Notes under the pieces: generated by a model
Told to the model about the DNA's origin: nothing
Seen by the model: the letters and a program-made list of their open reading frames with translations, nothing else
Databases searched by the model: none
Assembly (NCBI GenBank): GCA_031441465.1
Contig: JANOEP010000041.1
Location: 1 to 50,834 of the forward strand
From: a bacterium
Lineage (GTDB): Bacteria; Krumholzibacteriota; Krumholzibacteriia; LZORAL124-64-63
Length of the DNA stretch: 50,834 nucleotides
Direction: 5' to 3'
Shown here: piece by piece, positions 10,048 to 19,610 of the stretch
Layout: every line of letters starts with the position of its first letter
Numbering within the stretch: position 1 is the first letter of the stretch
Made by a program: the position numbers and the translations under genes

Positions 10048-10063
10048 CGGCACGCTAGTTGCC
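10048..10063 (+). promoter_or_regulatory. sigma54 (-24/-12) promoter
   Basis: cGGCACGctagTTGCc with exact GG-N10-GC spacing about 47 nt before the ATG at 10110; AT-rich tract upstream. Confidence 0.7.
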
Positions 10064-10109
10064 CTGGATGACACAGAGCTAGAGGGTTCTCGCAGTCGAG
10101 GAGGAATCC

Positions 10110-10460
10110 ATGAGATACGCACTGTCGGTCGTCTGTCTTCTTTTCATCGTGGCCGCCGTGGGCTGTACGAGCAGTCCCCCGTTGCGCACCGAAGCCTCGT
10201 CCTCCGCCATCCGCGCGGCCGAGGCGGTCGGGGCGACCGAGGTTCCGCGCGCCGCCCTCCACTTGCAGATGGCGAAGGAAGAGCTGGATCGCGCGAACGT
10301 CCTGGCGGAGAAGGGCGAGAAGGACGAGGCCGCCTCGTTGCTGACGCGCGCCGAGGTCGACGCGGAGCTGGCCATCCTGCTCTCGCAGGAGCAGGACGAA
10401 AAACTGGAAGCGACACAGGCCATGGAGCGGGTTCGCCAGCTCCAGAACGACAATCGGTGA
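10110..10460 (+). CDS. DUF4398-family lipoprotein
   Basis: Lipobox AVGC; AIRAAEAVGA..P.AALHLQMAKEEL...RAEVDAELA; upstream of an OmpA gene. Confidence 0.8.
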   Translation: MRYALSVVCLLFIVAAVGCTSSPPLRTEASSSAIRAAEAVGATEVPRAALHLQMAKEELDRANVLAEKGEKDEAASLLTRAEVDAELAILLSQEQDEKLEATQAMERVRQLQNDNR

Positions 10461-10480
10461 CCGGTTGTAAGGAGAGTTCC

Positions 10481-11509
10481 ATGAAAACGAGTGGATTGTT
10501 GATCATGGTCGTCGGCGCCGCGCTCCTGTGTGGCTGCGGCTCGACCGCCCCGAGCGAACTCACCGGCGCCCGCGTGGCTTACGAGCGGGCGAGCGCGGGA
10601 CCGGCGGCCCGGTTGTCGCCGGACGAACTGCACAAGGCGCAGCTCGCGCTCACCCAGGCGGAGGAGGCCTTCAAGGACGACTCCGATTCGTACCGCACAC
10701 GAGACCTCGCGTACGTGGCGCAGCGCAAGGCCGAGATGGCCGAGGCGCACGCTTCCATCGCCGCGCAGCGCAGCAGCGCGACCGCGTCGAACAGCGACTT
10801 CCAGACCGCACAGGGCGAAATCCTCCAGGAGAGGACGCTGGAGCTGCGCGACGTGCGATCGGCATTGACTTCCTCCGAGCAGGCCGGGCAGGCGACGGCT
10901 GATCAGCTTGCCGCCGAGCAGTCGGCCCGTCTCGCGACCGAGACCAGGCTGACCGAGCAGCGCGCCCTGATGCAGGAGAAGTCCCGGGACCTGAACCAGG
11001 CGCGGACGGCGCTGGCCGTCTCCGAGGTTGTCGGCCAGGCGACGACCGACCAGCTCACCGCCGAGCAGAGCGCGCGCCTGGCGGCCGAGAAAACGACCGC
11101 GGAGACACAGGCCGAACTCGCCATGCTCATCGCCACCAAGGACGACCAGCGCGGCGACTACTTCACCCTCTCGGGCGGCCTCATCTTCCGCTCCAACGAG
11201 GCGACCCTGATGCCCGGCGCCGAGACGCAGCTGGACCGGCTCGTCGAAGCGCTCGCCGCGACTCCCGATCGCAACATCGTGGTGGAGGGGTACACCGACT
11301 CGCAGGGGTCCGCCGAGCACAACCTCGACCTGTCGCAGCGACGGGCGGACGCCGTGCGCAGCTACCTCGTGCACAACGGCTTCCCCGCCGATCAGGTTCT
11401 GGCCGAAGGCATCGGGGAAGGTCGCCCCATCGCCGACAACGCCACCAGCGAGGGCCGCGCCAACAACCGCCGCGTCGAGATCGTGCTCTCTTCCGCGGCG
11501 AAGTTCTAA
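10481..11509 (+). CDS. OmpA-family lipoprotein (DUF4398 + coiled coil + OmpA_C peptidoglycan-binding domain)
   Basis: Lipobox LCGC; EGYTDSQG..NLDLSQRRA; GRANNRRVEI. Confidence 0.9.
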   Translation: MKTSGLLIMVVGAALLCGCGSTAPSELTGARVAYERASAGPAARLSPDELHKAQLALTQAEEAFKDDSDSYRTRDLAYVAQRKAEMAEAHASIAAQRSSATASNSDFQTAQGEILQERTLELRDVRSALTSSEQAGQATADQLAAEQSARLATETRLTEQRALMQEKSRDLNQARTALAVSEVVGQATTDQLTAEQSARLAAEKTTAETQAELAMLIATKDDQRGDYFTLSGGLIFRSNEATLMPGAETQLDRLVEALAATPDRNIVVEGYTDSQGSAEHNLDLSQRRADAVRSYLVHNGFPADQVLAEGIGEGRPIADNATSEGRANNRRVEIVLSSAAKF

Positions 11510-11546
11510 TCACTGATCGGTCAACCACCGGTCCGTGACGGAGGAA

Positions 11547-11583
11547 TGCCGGACGGTGAAGTCGCCAACTTCGCCGTCCGGCA
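11547..11583. terminator. Stem-loop downstream of the OmpA gene
   Basis: tgccggacggtgaagt-cgcca-acttcgccgtccggca; lacks a strong U-tract. Confidence 0.5.
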
Positions 11584-11679
11584 CGCCTTCTGGCAACAGG
11601 CGCTGAGTCCGCCGTCAGATCCGCACGACACCCACTTCGGCCCGTGCCCCGACCATCACCGCTGCCCCATCCCTCCGAT

Positions 11680-11712
11680 TTGACAATATTCGGATATCCG
11701 GTTATATGAATA
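11680..11712 (+). promoter_or_regulatory. sigma70 promoter overlapped by a probable ArsR operator
   Basis: TTGACA at 11680, TATATG 17 nt later; palindrome cggatatccg in the spacer. Confidence 0.7.
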
Positions 11713-11731
11713 TCCTCCAGGAGGTGGCCCG

Positions 11732-12106
11732 GTGAAGGAGATCGCCCGGTTCTACAAGGTCCTCGCCGACGAATCCCGACTGCGGATGCTCTGGCTCCTG
11801 CTGAATCACAGGGAGTTGTGCGTCTGCGACTTCACGGCGGTGCTCGGCATCACGCAGTCCAAGGCCTCACGCCATCTGGCGACGCTTCGCCTCGCAGGGC
11901 TGGTCGATGATCGCAGGGAGGGAGCCTGGTCCCATTACTCGCTCTGCCCGGGGTTGACCGGGCAGCAGCGGGCGCAGTTGGACGCCTTGCGCCGGCAGCT
12001 CGCGGATCACCCCGCCGCGGTCCAGGCACTTGCCGACCTCGAGGCGCACCTCGAACGCAAGGGACGGGAGTCCTGCGCGCCGCCGGCGACGGGAGGGAGC
12101 CGATGA
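11732..12106 (+). CDS. arsR: ArsR/SmtB arsenic-responsive repressor
   Basis: ELCVCDF metal-binding site, [14 protein letters not shown] helix-turn-helix. Confidence 0.92.
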   Translation: MKEIARFYKVLADESRLRMLWLLLNHRELCVCDFTAVLGITQSKASRHLATLRLAGLVDDRREGAWSHYSLCPGLTGQQRAQLDALRRQLADHPAAVQALADLEAHLERKGRESCAPPATGGSR

Positions 12107-13215
12107 AGGATGTTCAGGTGGCCGGGGCGGCGAAGCGCCTGTCCTTCCTCGACCGCTACCTCACGCTGTGGATCTTCATCGCCATGGCCGTCGGGGTCGG
12201 GGCGGGTTTCCTGTTTCCGGGCGTCGTGCCGTTCATCAACCGGTTCAACGCCGGGACGACGTCGGTCCCGATCGCCGTCGGGCTCATCCTGATGATGTAC
12301 CCGCCGCTGGCCAAGGTGCGCTACGAGGAGATGGGCCCGGTCTTCCGCAACACCCGGGTCCTCGGGCTGTCGCTGGTCCAGAACTGGATCATCGGCCCGG
12401 TCCTGATGTTCGGTCTGGCGGTGCTCTTCCTGAGCGACAAGCCCGAGTACATGGTCGGCCTGATCATGATCGGACTGGCCCGCTGCATCGCCATGGTCAT
12501 CGTCTGGAACGACCTGGCCAAGGGTGACAGCGAATACTGCGCCGGCCTGGTGGCCCTCAACTCGGTCTTCCAGGTGCTGCTCTATTCGGTGTACGCCTAC
12601 TTCTTCATCACCGTCCTGCCGACCTGGTTCGGGTTCGAGGGCGTGGCGATCGACATCACCATCGGCGAGATCGCCAACAGCGTGTTCATTTACCTGGGTA
12701 TCCCCTTCATCGCCGGGTTCGTCACGCGCTTCTGGCTGATCCGGCGCAAGGGCCGGGACTGGTATCAGGACCGGTTCATCCCGAGGATCAGCCCGCTCAC
12801 GCTCGTGGCGCTGCTGTTCACCATCGTGGTGATGTTCTCGCTCAAGGGCGAGCAGATCGTGGAGTTGCCGCTGGACGTGGCCCGCATCGCGATCCCGCTG
12901 CTCATCTACTTCGTGACGATGTTCTTCATCTCGTTCTTCATGTCGCGGAAGCTCGGCGCCACCTACGGGCAGACGGCGACGCTGTCCTTCACCGCCGCCT
13001 CGAACAACTTCGAGCTGGCCATCGCAGTCGCGATCGCGACCTTCGGCCTCCACCACGGCGCCGCCTTCGCGGCGGTGATCGGGCCGCTGGTCGAGGTGCC
13101 GGTGCTCATCGTTCTCGTCAACGTCTCGCTCCGGTTGGGACGCAGGTATTTCCCCCGCGACGCCGCCAGGCTCCGGGCGGTGCGGACCTGCGCCGCAGAG
13201 GGCGAGGCGCGATGA
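12103..13215 (+). CDS. acr3: Arsenite efflux transporter Acr3
   Basis: [51 protein letters not shown]. Confidence 0.95.
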   Translation: MKDVQVAGAAKRLSFLDRYLTLWIFIAMAVGVGAGFLFPGVVPFINRFNAGTTSVPIAVGLILMMYPPLAKVRYEEMGPVFRNTRVLGLSLVQNWIIGPVLMFGLAVLFLSDKPEYMVGLIMIGLARCIAMVIVWNDLAKGDSEYCAGLVALNSVFQVLLYSVYAYFFITVLPTWFGFEGVAIDITIGEIANSVFIYLGIPFIAGFVTRFWLIRRKGRDWYQDRFIPRISPLTLVALLFTIVVMFSLKGEQIVELPLDVARIAIPLLIYFVTMFFISFFMSRKLGATYGQTATLSFTAASNNFELAIAVAIATFGLHHGAAFAAVIGPLVEVPVLIVLVNVSLRLGRRYFPRDAARLRAVRTCAAEGEAR

Positions 13216-13955
13216 CGGCACGACAGGTTCGGCTCCAGGTCCTGGTCTTCGGGGGCTGCCCGCATGCCGAAGCCGCGCTGGCGCTCGCCGATGCGGTGGC
13301 CGCACGTCTCGGTCCCGACATCGCGGTGGAGCGGGTGGAGGTGAACTCCGAGACGGAGGCCGTCGCGCTCCGCTTCCCGGGATCGCCGACCCTTCGCGTC
13401 GACGGCGAAGACGTGGAGTGGGGGGTCACTTCCCGGGGCGCCCTGTGTTGTCGGACCTACGACGGCGGCGCCGGCGTGCCGCCGGAGTGGATGGTCGAAG
13501 CGGCGGTGTGCAGGGCGCAGAAGCGCCGGGGCCTGCTCTTCCTCTGCGTCGCCAATTCGGCGCGCAGCCAGCTGGCCGAGGGCCTGGCCCGATCCCTGGC
13601 TCCCGCCGGGGTGAACGTCTGGTCCGCCGGCTCTCAGCCGACCCGAGTGCGTCCCGAGGCCGTCGCCGTGCTCGACGAGATCGGGATCGACATCACCGCT
13701 CACCGGTCCAAGGCGGTGTCGGATATCCCGGCCTCCGCAGTGGACACGGTCATCACCCTCTGCGGCGAAGAGGAGTGCCCGCTCTTCCTGGGCCAGGCGG
13801 CGCGCCTGCACTGGGGATTGCCGGACCCTGCGACCACCGGCAACACGACAGCGGAGCGGTTGGAAGCGTTCAGGAGTACGCGCGACGAACTGCGCCGCCG
13901 GATCCGGGCGCTGTTCGCCCCCTGTCCAGGAGGACCCTCGGATGCAAGAGTTTGA
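13212..13955 (+). CDS. arsC: Fusion of a thioredoxin-like domain and an LMW-PTP-type arsenate reductase
   Basis: N-half GCPH...[13 protein letters not shown]...CCRTY; C-half [32 protein letters not shown]. Confidence 0.85.
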   Translation: MTARQVRLQVLVFGGCPHAEAALALADAVAARLGPDIAVERVEVNSETEAVALRFPGSPTLRVDGEDVEWGVTSRGALCCRTYDGGAGVPPEWMVEAAVCRAQKRRGLLFLCVANSARSQLAEGLARSLAPAGVNVWSAGSQPTRVRPEAVAVLDEIGIDITAHRSKAVSDIPASAVDTVITLCGEEECPLFLGQAARLHWGLPDPATTGNTTAERLEAFRSTRDELRRRIRALFAPCPGGPSDARV

Positions 13956-15009
13956 CCGCCGGGAACGGGGAGAAGGGGCGCACCGGTTGCAGACCGCGAC
14001 ACGGACGGCGCTGCTGCTGCTCGGAGCCGCGGCGTGGTGGCTGGCGTACCGGCGCCTCGGCCTGTTCGCCGGGTGGCTGACCTACGATCTGCTGAAGCTC
14101 GCCGACGGCAGCCGTACGGCCCTGGCCGTCGAGTTCTTCGTCTTCGAGGCGCCCAAGGTCCTGATGCTGCTGACCCTGGTCGTCTTCGGCGTGGGCGTCG
14201 TGCGCTCGTTCTTCACGCCGGAGCGGACGCGCCGCGTCCTGGCCGGCAAGCGCGAGACGCTCGGCAATGCGCTGGCCTCGCTGCTCGGCGTGGTGACGCC
14301 GTTCTGCTCCTGCTCCGCCGTGCCGCTCTTCATCGGCTTCGTCACCACGGGGGTGCCGCTCGGGGTGACGTTCTCGTTCCTGATCGCGGCGCCGATGATC
14401 AACGAGGTCGCCCTGGTGCTGCTCTTCGGCCTGCTGGGCTGGAAGGTCGCGGCGCTCTACGCGGGCACGGGCCTGCTCATCGCCTTCGTCGCCGGGTGGG
14501 TCATCGGGCGGCTGCGTCTCGAGCGCTGGGTCGAAGGCTGGGTCTACGCGACGCCGACGGGCGCCGGACCGGCCATCGACGAGGCGCCCCTGACCTGGGG
14601 CGACCGGGTGCGCTTCGGCCGGGACGCGATGCGGGACATCGTCGGCAAGGTGTGGCCCTACGTGCTGGCCGGCATCGCCGTCGGGGCCGGCATCCACGGC
14701 TACGTCCCTCAGGACTACATGGCCTCCATCATGGGCAAGGAGGTCTGGTGGTCCGTCCCCCTCGCCGTGCTGATCGGCATCCCGATGTACTCGAACGCGG
14801 CCGGCATCGTCCCGATCGTCGAGGCCCTGCTCGGCAAGGGCGCGGCCCTGGGCACGGTACTCGCCTTCATGATGGCGGTGATCGGGCTGTCGCTGCCCGA
14901 GATGATCATCCTGCGCAAGGTTCTGAAGATCCCGCTCATCGCGGTCTTCGCGGGCGTGGTGGGCTGCGGGATCATGGTCGTGGGCTACCTGTTCAACCTC
15001 GTGTTGTGA
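13942..15009 (+). CDS. arsP: ArsP/DUF318-family permease (organoarsenical efflux family)
   Basis: TPFCSCSAVP, GVPLGVTFSFLIAAPMINEV, GIPMYSNAAG, LSLPEMIIL. Confidence 0.85.
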   Translation: MQEFDRRERGEGAHRLQTATRTALLLLGAAAWWLAYRRLGLFAGWLTYDLLKLADGSRTALAVEFFVFEAPKVLMLLTLVVFGVGVVRSFFTPERTRRVLAGKRETLGNALASLLGVVTPFCSCSAVPLFIGFVTTGVPLGVTFSFLIAAPMINEVALVLLFGLLGWKVAALYAGTGLLIAFVAGWVIGRLRLERWVEGWVYATPTGAGPAIDEAPLTWGDRVRFGRDAMRDIVGKVWPYVLAGIAVGAGIHGYVPQDYMASIMGKEVWWSVPLAVLIGIPMYSNAAGIVPIVEALLGKGAALGTVLAFMMAVIGLSLPEMIILRKVLKIPLIAVFAGVVGCGIMVVGYLFNLVL

Positions 15010-15017
15010 CCGGGCGG

Positions 15018-15437
15018 CTACGGCCTGGAGTCGGGCACGCCGTCGAGGTAGAGCCGGGTCTCGCCGGCGATGTAGGCCGCGAAGCGGGCGGGCTGGTCGT
15101 GCAGATCCCAGATCCGTTCGAGATTCTTCCAGCGGACGATCTTGCCGGCATCGAATTCGGCCACGATCACCGACTGGAATTCGAGGACGAAATCATCGGC
15201 GAAGTGCTCGTCGCCCTCGGACATGAAGTTCACGACCTGCAGGTCCAGGCTCTTGTTCACGAGTTGTGCGGGGAACGAGTCGCGAACCGCGCGGACGGTC
15301 AAGTCTTCGAGCATCAGGCACGTGCTGCAGCGGATGTCGCCGTGGAAGTAGTAGACGACGACGTCGGGTGCGGGCGCCTGCCCGGCGGCGGCCGCGACGG
15401 CCAGCATCAGGACGAGCGCGGCGCAGACGTGTTTCAT
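15018..15437 (-). CDS. Periplasmic thioredoxin-fold protein, ArsF-like
   Basis: Signal peptide; VVVYYFHGDIRCSTC; WKNLERIW; AGGAG RBS. Confidence 0.75.
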   Translation of the reverse strand: MKHVCAALVLMLAVAAAAGQAPAPDVVVYYFHGDIRCSTCLMLEDLTVRAVRDSFPAQLVNKSLDLQVVNFMSEGDEHFADDFVLEFQSVIVAEFDAGKIVRWKNLERIWDLHDQPARFAAYIAGETRLYLDGVPDSRP

Positions 15438-15445
15438 GAGCGCTC

Positions 15446-16177
15446 CTAGTGCGAGGTGAAGATCAGGTAGAGCCCGCCGAGGATCACCAATCCCCCGCAG
15501 ACCTTTTTCAAGAAACCCCCGGCGCGCGATCCCGCATTCCAGTCGAGGGTTCGCTGGACCCAGGCGGTGCTCGCGCCGGCGCACACGATCACCAGGCAGT
15601 GCCCGAGGCCGTAGGCCGCGAGCAGCAAGACTCCGAACAGGCTGTTCGCGGCCGAAACCTTGAAGGTCACCGCCAGCATGGGCGCCATGAAGGCGAAGGT
15701 GCAGGGACCGAGCGCCACGCCGAAGATCAGGCCGAGCAGCAGCGCCGCCAGGGCGCCCTTGCGCTTCAGGCCGACGACGGCCGGCGCCGACAGGTTCAAG
15801 GGGATCACGTCCAACAGGATCAGGCCGACGACCAGGAAGACCACCGCGACCAGCAGGTTGCCGGCGCCGCCGACATCGCCCAGCAGCCGGCCGGCGGCGG
15901 CGGTGATCACGCCGATCAGCGCGATCGTCGCCAGGATGCCCGCGGCGAACAGCGAAGACAGCAGCAGGGCCCGGCGCTGGCTCATGGGCGCCGGCGGCGA
16001 TCCGTCGGACTGCCCGCTTCCCTGCTGGCCCTGGATGAAGCCCACGATCAGCGGGATGCTGGCGAGGTGGCAGGGGCTGAGCACGATGCTCAGCACGCCC
16101 CAGGCGAAGGCCGCCCCCAAGGCGATCGGGGGCGACCCGTCAACGGCGGCGGTCAGCGAGGCGAAGAGCGATTCCAA
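15446..16177 (-). CDS. CcdA/DsbD-transmembrane family protein (ArsG-like)
   Basis: LSPCHLASIP and LGPCTFAF redox Cys motifs; about 6-7 TM segments. Confidence 0.85.
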   Translation of the reverse strand: MESLFASLTAAVDGSPPIALGAAFAWGVLSIVLSPCHLASIPLIVGFIQGQQGSGQSDGSPPAPMSQRRALLLSSLFAAGILATIALIGVITAAAGRLLGDVGGAGNLLVAVVFLVVGLILLDVIPLNLSAPAVVGLKRKGALAALLLGLIFGVALGPCTFAFMAPMLAVTFKVSAANSLFGVLLLAAYGLGHCLVIVCAGASTAWVQRTLDWNAGSRAGGFLKKVCGGLVILGGLYLIFTSH

Positions 16178-16192
16178 AGACCGTCCTCCGGT

Positions 16193-16633
16193 TCAGATCC
16201 CGCTTAGTTCGACGCCGAGTTCCCGCCACTTGGCCAGGATCTCCTCCTTGGCGAAGAACCCCTGGTGACGGAACAGCTCCCGACCGTCGGCCGCGTAGAA
16301 GATCTGGGTCGGGATGAGGTCGATCCCGTACTTGGCGGCCTCGTCCTTGTTTTTCCAGACGTCGATGAAGACGACCTCGAGCCTGCCGGCCTGCTCGGCG
16401 CGCAACTCCTCGAGGATGGGGGCCATCGCCTTGCAAGGGACGCACTTGTCGGCGCCGAGATCCACCAGGCGGGGCAGGGCGGCGGCGGTCGCCGCCCCGT
16501 TGGGCGCGGGGCCGCTCCGCGCGTCCGGACGCAGCAGGTAGACGGCTGCGGCGGCCGCGACCACGGCGACGACGATCAGGACGCGACCCGCGGCCGCGCG
16601 CGACGGGGGACCGCCCATCTCACGCCTCCCCAT
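16193..16633 (-). CDS. Membrane-anchored thioredoxin (start 16633 or 16618)
   Basis: LVDLGADKCVPCKAM, IPTQIFY, RHQGF. Confidence 0.85.
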   Translation of the reverse strand: MGRREMGGPPSRAAAGRVLIVVAVVAAAAAVYLLRPDARSGPAPNGAATAAALPRLVDLGADKCVPCKAMAPILEELRAEQAGRLEVVFIDVWKNKDEAAKYGIDLIPTQIFYAADGRELFRHQGFFAKEEILAKWRELGVELSGI

Positions 16634-16862
16634 CGATCAGCTTCTTGATCTCCGCGACCGACGGCACCTTGCCCACGCACACGACCCGGCCGTCGACGAC
16701 CAGCGCGGGAGTGGTCATCACGCCGTACTTCATGATGTCGACGACGGCGGTCACTTTGCGGACCTCGCAGTCGAGGGACAGCTCGGCGACGGCCTGGCGC
16801 GTTTCCGTTTCGAGCTTGTGGCACTTGGGGCAACCGGTGCCCAGGATGGCGATGTCCTTCAC
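16620..16862 (-). CDS. Small redox-active disulfide protein (MTH895/ArsE-like)
   Basis: ILGTGCPKC, YGVMTTPALVVDG, GKVPS. Confidence 0.88.
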   Translation of the reverse strand: MKDIAILGTGCPKCHKLETETRQAVAELSLDCEVRKVTAVVDIMKYGVMTTPALVVDGRVVCVGKVPSVAEIKKLIDGEA

Positions 16863-16877
16863 GTGAACCTCCCGAGG

Positions 16878-17198
16878 TCAGCCGACGAGCGCGCCGGATT
16901 GCGACGCCGAGTTGCGCAGCACCGATTCGACGCACGCGAAGAAGTTCAGGACGCAGGGGCAACGCAGCGAGTAGAAGACCTGGTTGCCGCGCTTCTCGTC
17001 CTGCACGATACCAGCCTCGCGCAGCACCGCGAGGTGCTTCGAGATCGTCGACATGTCGGCCCCGACCAGCGCCTGCAGCTCGCAGACGCAACGCTCGCCG
17101 CGGGACAGCTCGTCGACCAGGAACAGGCGCGTGCCGTGGCCCATGGCCTTGATGACGCGGGCTCGGGCGTCGTACTTGCGGCGGGTGCTTTCGTCCAT
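16878..17198 (-). CDS. arsR: Second ArsR/SmtB repressor
   Basis: ERCVCEL, DMSTISKHLAVLR, C-terminal CPCVLNFFAC. Confidence 0.9.
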   Translation of the reverse strand: MDESTRRKYDARARVIKAMGHGTRLFLVDELSRGERCVCELQALVGADMSTISKHLAVLREAGIVQDEKRGNQVFYSLRCPCVLNFFACVESVLRNSASQSGALVG

Positions 17199-17220
17199 GG
17201 CGGTCTCCAGTTATTGGTTG

Positions 17221-17238
17221 TTTGGCAATATGGCCAAA
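17221..17238 (-). promoter_or_regulatory. Probable ArsR operator upstream of the second ars operon
   Basis: Imperfect palindrome tttggcaatatggccaaa about 23 nt upstream of the start codon. Confidence 0.55.
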
Positions 17239-17356
17239 TGAGTGCCGGCCGTCAAGTCCCGGATTTGAATCCGGGACGATCGACGGATTCACCAATAATA
17301 GCCATATTATAAACTATAATAGTCCGTATAGACGATGTTGGGGCGATGCACGAAAC

Positions 17357-17842
17357 CTATTTGAATCCGATGCCGACGGTGAACTTGGCCTCAGGCGAGT
17401 CGGCGACGCCGAGCTTGAGTTCCAGGAAGAGGTCCCCGCCGCCCCGACGAGCGCGCGACATGCCTCCCAGGAGGTTCAGACCGAGTTCGGTGTCGGTATC
17501 GTCGTGGTAGCCGCGGGGTCCGTCGTCGTCCCAGTCGTAGATGTTGATGCCGAGCCCACCGCCGATGTAGAAGCCCCAGGGCGACCGGGTACGCCGGTCG
17601 AAGCGGTAGACCAGTTCCGGGTTCAGGGCGATCAGGGTGCCGTGGTCGCCGAAGCCGACCTCCACATTGGGCAGGAAATAGCCGTCGTTGAAGATCTCGC
17701 CGACGTTCACGTGGGCGCCGACGTGGACCTGGTCGGGGTCGATGGTCAGACCGCCGCGCAGGCCCCAGTCGCTCAGGGCAAGGGCGGGGGTCGCCGCCAG
17801 CAGCAGGGCGGCGATGATCGTACCTCTGAAGTTCCCAGTCAT
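17357..17842 (-). CDS. Small outer-membrane beta-barrel protein
   Basis: Signal peptide, amphipathic beta strands (FYIGGGLGI, LGLNLLGG), aromatic residue near C-terminus (GIGFK). Confidence 0.75.
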   Translation of the reverse strand: MTGNFRGTIIAALLLAATPALALSDWGLRGGLTIDPDQVHVGAHVNVGEIFNDGYFLPNVEVGFGDHGTLIALNPELVYRFDRRTRSPWGFYIGGGLGINIYDWDDDGPRGYHDDTDTELGLNLLGGMSRARRGGGDLFLELKLGVADSPEAKFTVGIGFK

Positions 17843-17974
17843 GGCGAGGGGCTCCCTTTGCTATACTGTCCGTTCTGCCATCCGTCCGCGACAAGCTAAC
17901 CACGGCGGCGGCAGGCCACCAACAGCGCCGCACCCGCGCGCGGCCGCACCATCCGGCCCGAAAGGACCGCCCCC

Positions 17975-19483
17975 ATGACCAACACGCCGATCGCCGACGC
18001 GCTGGCCGACCGCCGCAAGCTGCTGGGCTTCACCACGGGCTACTGGCTGCTGAACACCATCGAGATGTTCGAGCGCCTGGCCTACTACCTGGTGCGCTCG
18101 GTGGTGGCGATCTACATCATGCAGGCCGACGACCCCCACGGCCTGCACTTCACGGCCGCCGACAAGGGCACCATCTACGCCCTGTGGTTCGCCTTCCAGT
18201 CGATCCTGCCGACCTTCACCGGCGGCTTCGCCGACCGCTACGGCTACAAGCGCAGCCTGTTCTGCGCGATCACCCTGAACGTGGCCGGCTACTGCCTGAT
18301 GGCCACGCAGCGCGGCTTCCTCGGCTTCACCCTCGGGATCGTCGTGCTGGCCACCGGCACGGCCTTCTTCAAGCCGGCCCTGCAGGGCAGCCTGGCGCAG
18401 AACCTGAACCGCAGCAGCTCGTCGCTGGGCTGGGGCATCTTCTACTGGGTGGTGAACGTGGGCGCGGCCATCGGGCCGATGCTCGCCAACTTCATCCGGC
18501 ACGACTACTCCTGGCAGGCGCTGTTCTTCACCGCGGCGGCGGTCATGTCGCTGAACTACCTGATGCTCTTCACGTTCAAGGACTTCGCCAGCGGCTCCGA
18601 CAAGACGGCGAGCCCGTGGCAGGTGCTCACGCGCACCCTGCGCACCCTGGGCGACTGGCGCCTGGCAACCTGGCTGCTGATCATGAGCTGCTTCTGGCTG
18701 ATGATGTACACGCTCTGGGACCTGCATCCCAACTTCCTGACCGACTGGAACAACTCCGGCGGCACCGCCCGTTTCTTCCTGGGCTCGTCCTTCTTCCCCG
18801 ACAGCTGGGCCATCCAGACCGACCGCGGCTGGCAGGTGCCGCAGGAGATTCTGCTGAATCTGAACGCGCTGCTGATCGTGCTGCTGATGATCCCGGTCTC
18901 GTGGCTGGTGCGCAAGATGCGCACGCTGGAGTCGATGGTCATCGGCATGGCGATGGCGACCGCCGGCGTCCTGGTCGCAGGTCTGACCAACCTCGGCTGG
19001 GTGTTCCTGCTGGGCGTCGCCGGTTTCTCCTTCGGCGAGATGCTGACCGGGCCCAAGAAGAACGAGTACCTGGCGCTGATCGCGCCCGCGGACAAGAAGG
19101 GCCTGTACCTGGGCTTCGTGAATATCCCGGTGGGCGTCGGCGGGCTGATCGGCTCGAAGCTGCAGGGATACTTCTACGGGAACTTCGGCGAGAAGGCGGT
19201 GCTGGCGCAGAAGTACCTGGCGGAGAACTTCGGCGGGGGGCGGACGTGGGACGGCAAGCTCGGCACGCTCGACGCGGCGGCTGGGGTCCCGCGCACCGAA
19301 GCGTTCGTGCGGTTGCAGGAGGTCGCGGGGCTGGATCCGGCGACGGCGACGGACCTGTTGTGGCGGACCTATAATCCCCAATACATGGTGTGGCTGCCGT
19401 TCGCGGGGATCGGGGTGGCGGCGATCGTGGCGCTGGTGTTTTTTGCGCGGGCGGCGCGGAGGTGGCGGGATATGGATGCGTAG
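17975..19483 (+). CDS. MFS transporter, POT/PTR-like peptide transporter
   Basis: IEMFERLAYY (ExxERxxYY), GGFADRYG, GTAFFKP, FYWVVNVGA. Confidence 0.88.
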   Translation: MTNTPIADALADRRKLLGFTTGYWLLNTIEMFERLAYYLVRSVVAIYIMQADDPHGLHFTAADKGTIYALWFAFQSILPTFTGGFADRYGYKRSLFCAITLNVAGYCLMATQRGFLGFTLGIVVLATGTAFFKPALQGSLAQNLNRSSSSLGWGIFYWVVNVGAAIGPMLANFIRHDYSWQALFFTAAAVMSLNYLMLFTFKDFASGSDKTASPWQVLTRTLRTLGDWRLATWLLIMSCFWLMMYTLWDLHPNFLTDWNNSGGTARFFLGSSFFPDSWAIQTDRGWQVPQEILLNLNALLIVLLMIPVSWLVRKMRTLESMVIGMAMATAGVLVAGLTNLGWVFLLGVAGFSFGEMLTGPKKNEYLALIAPADKKGLYLGFVNIPVGVGGLIGSKLQGYFYGNFGEKAVLAQKYLAENFGGGRTWDGKLGTLDAAAGVPRTEAFVRLQEVAGLDPATATDLLWRTYNPQYMVWLPFAGIGVAAIVALVFFARAARRWRDMDA

Positions 19484-19610
19484 GGGCGGTCAGAACTCCC
19501 CGGCGATCTTCGGCGAGTCCGATGCAGGGCGCGTCCGTCATGCCCCGATTCCTTATCGGGCGGTACCGGACACATGGTATCCTGGCGTTACGCTCGTATA
19601 GGAGAATGCA

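Noticed and set aside
13212..16862. Selenocysteine read-through in the redox proteins of the ars operons
   Set aside because: All catalytic positions are ordinary Cys codons; no in-frame TGA at motif positions.
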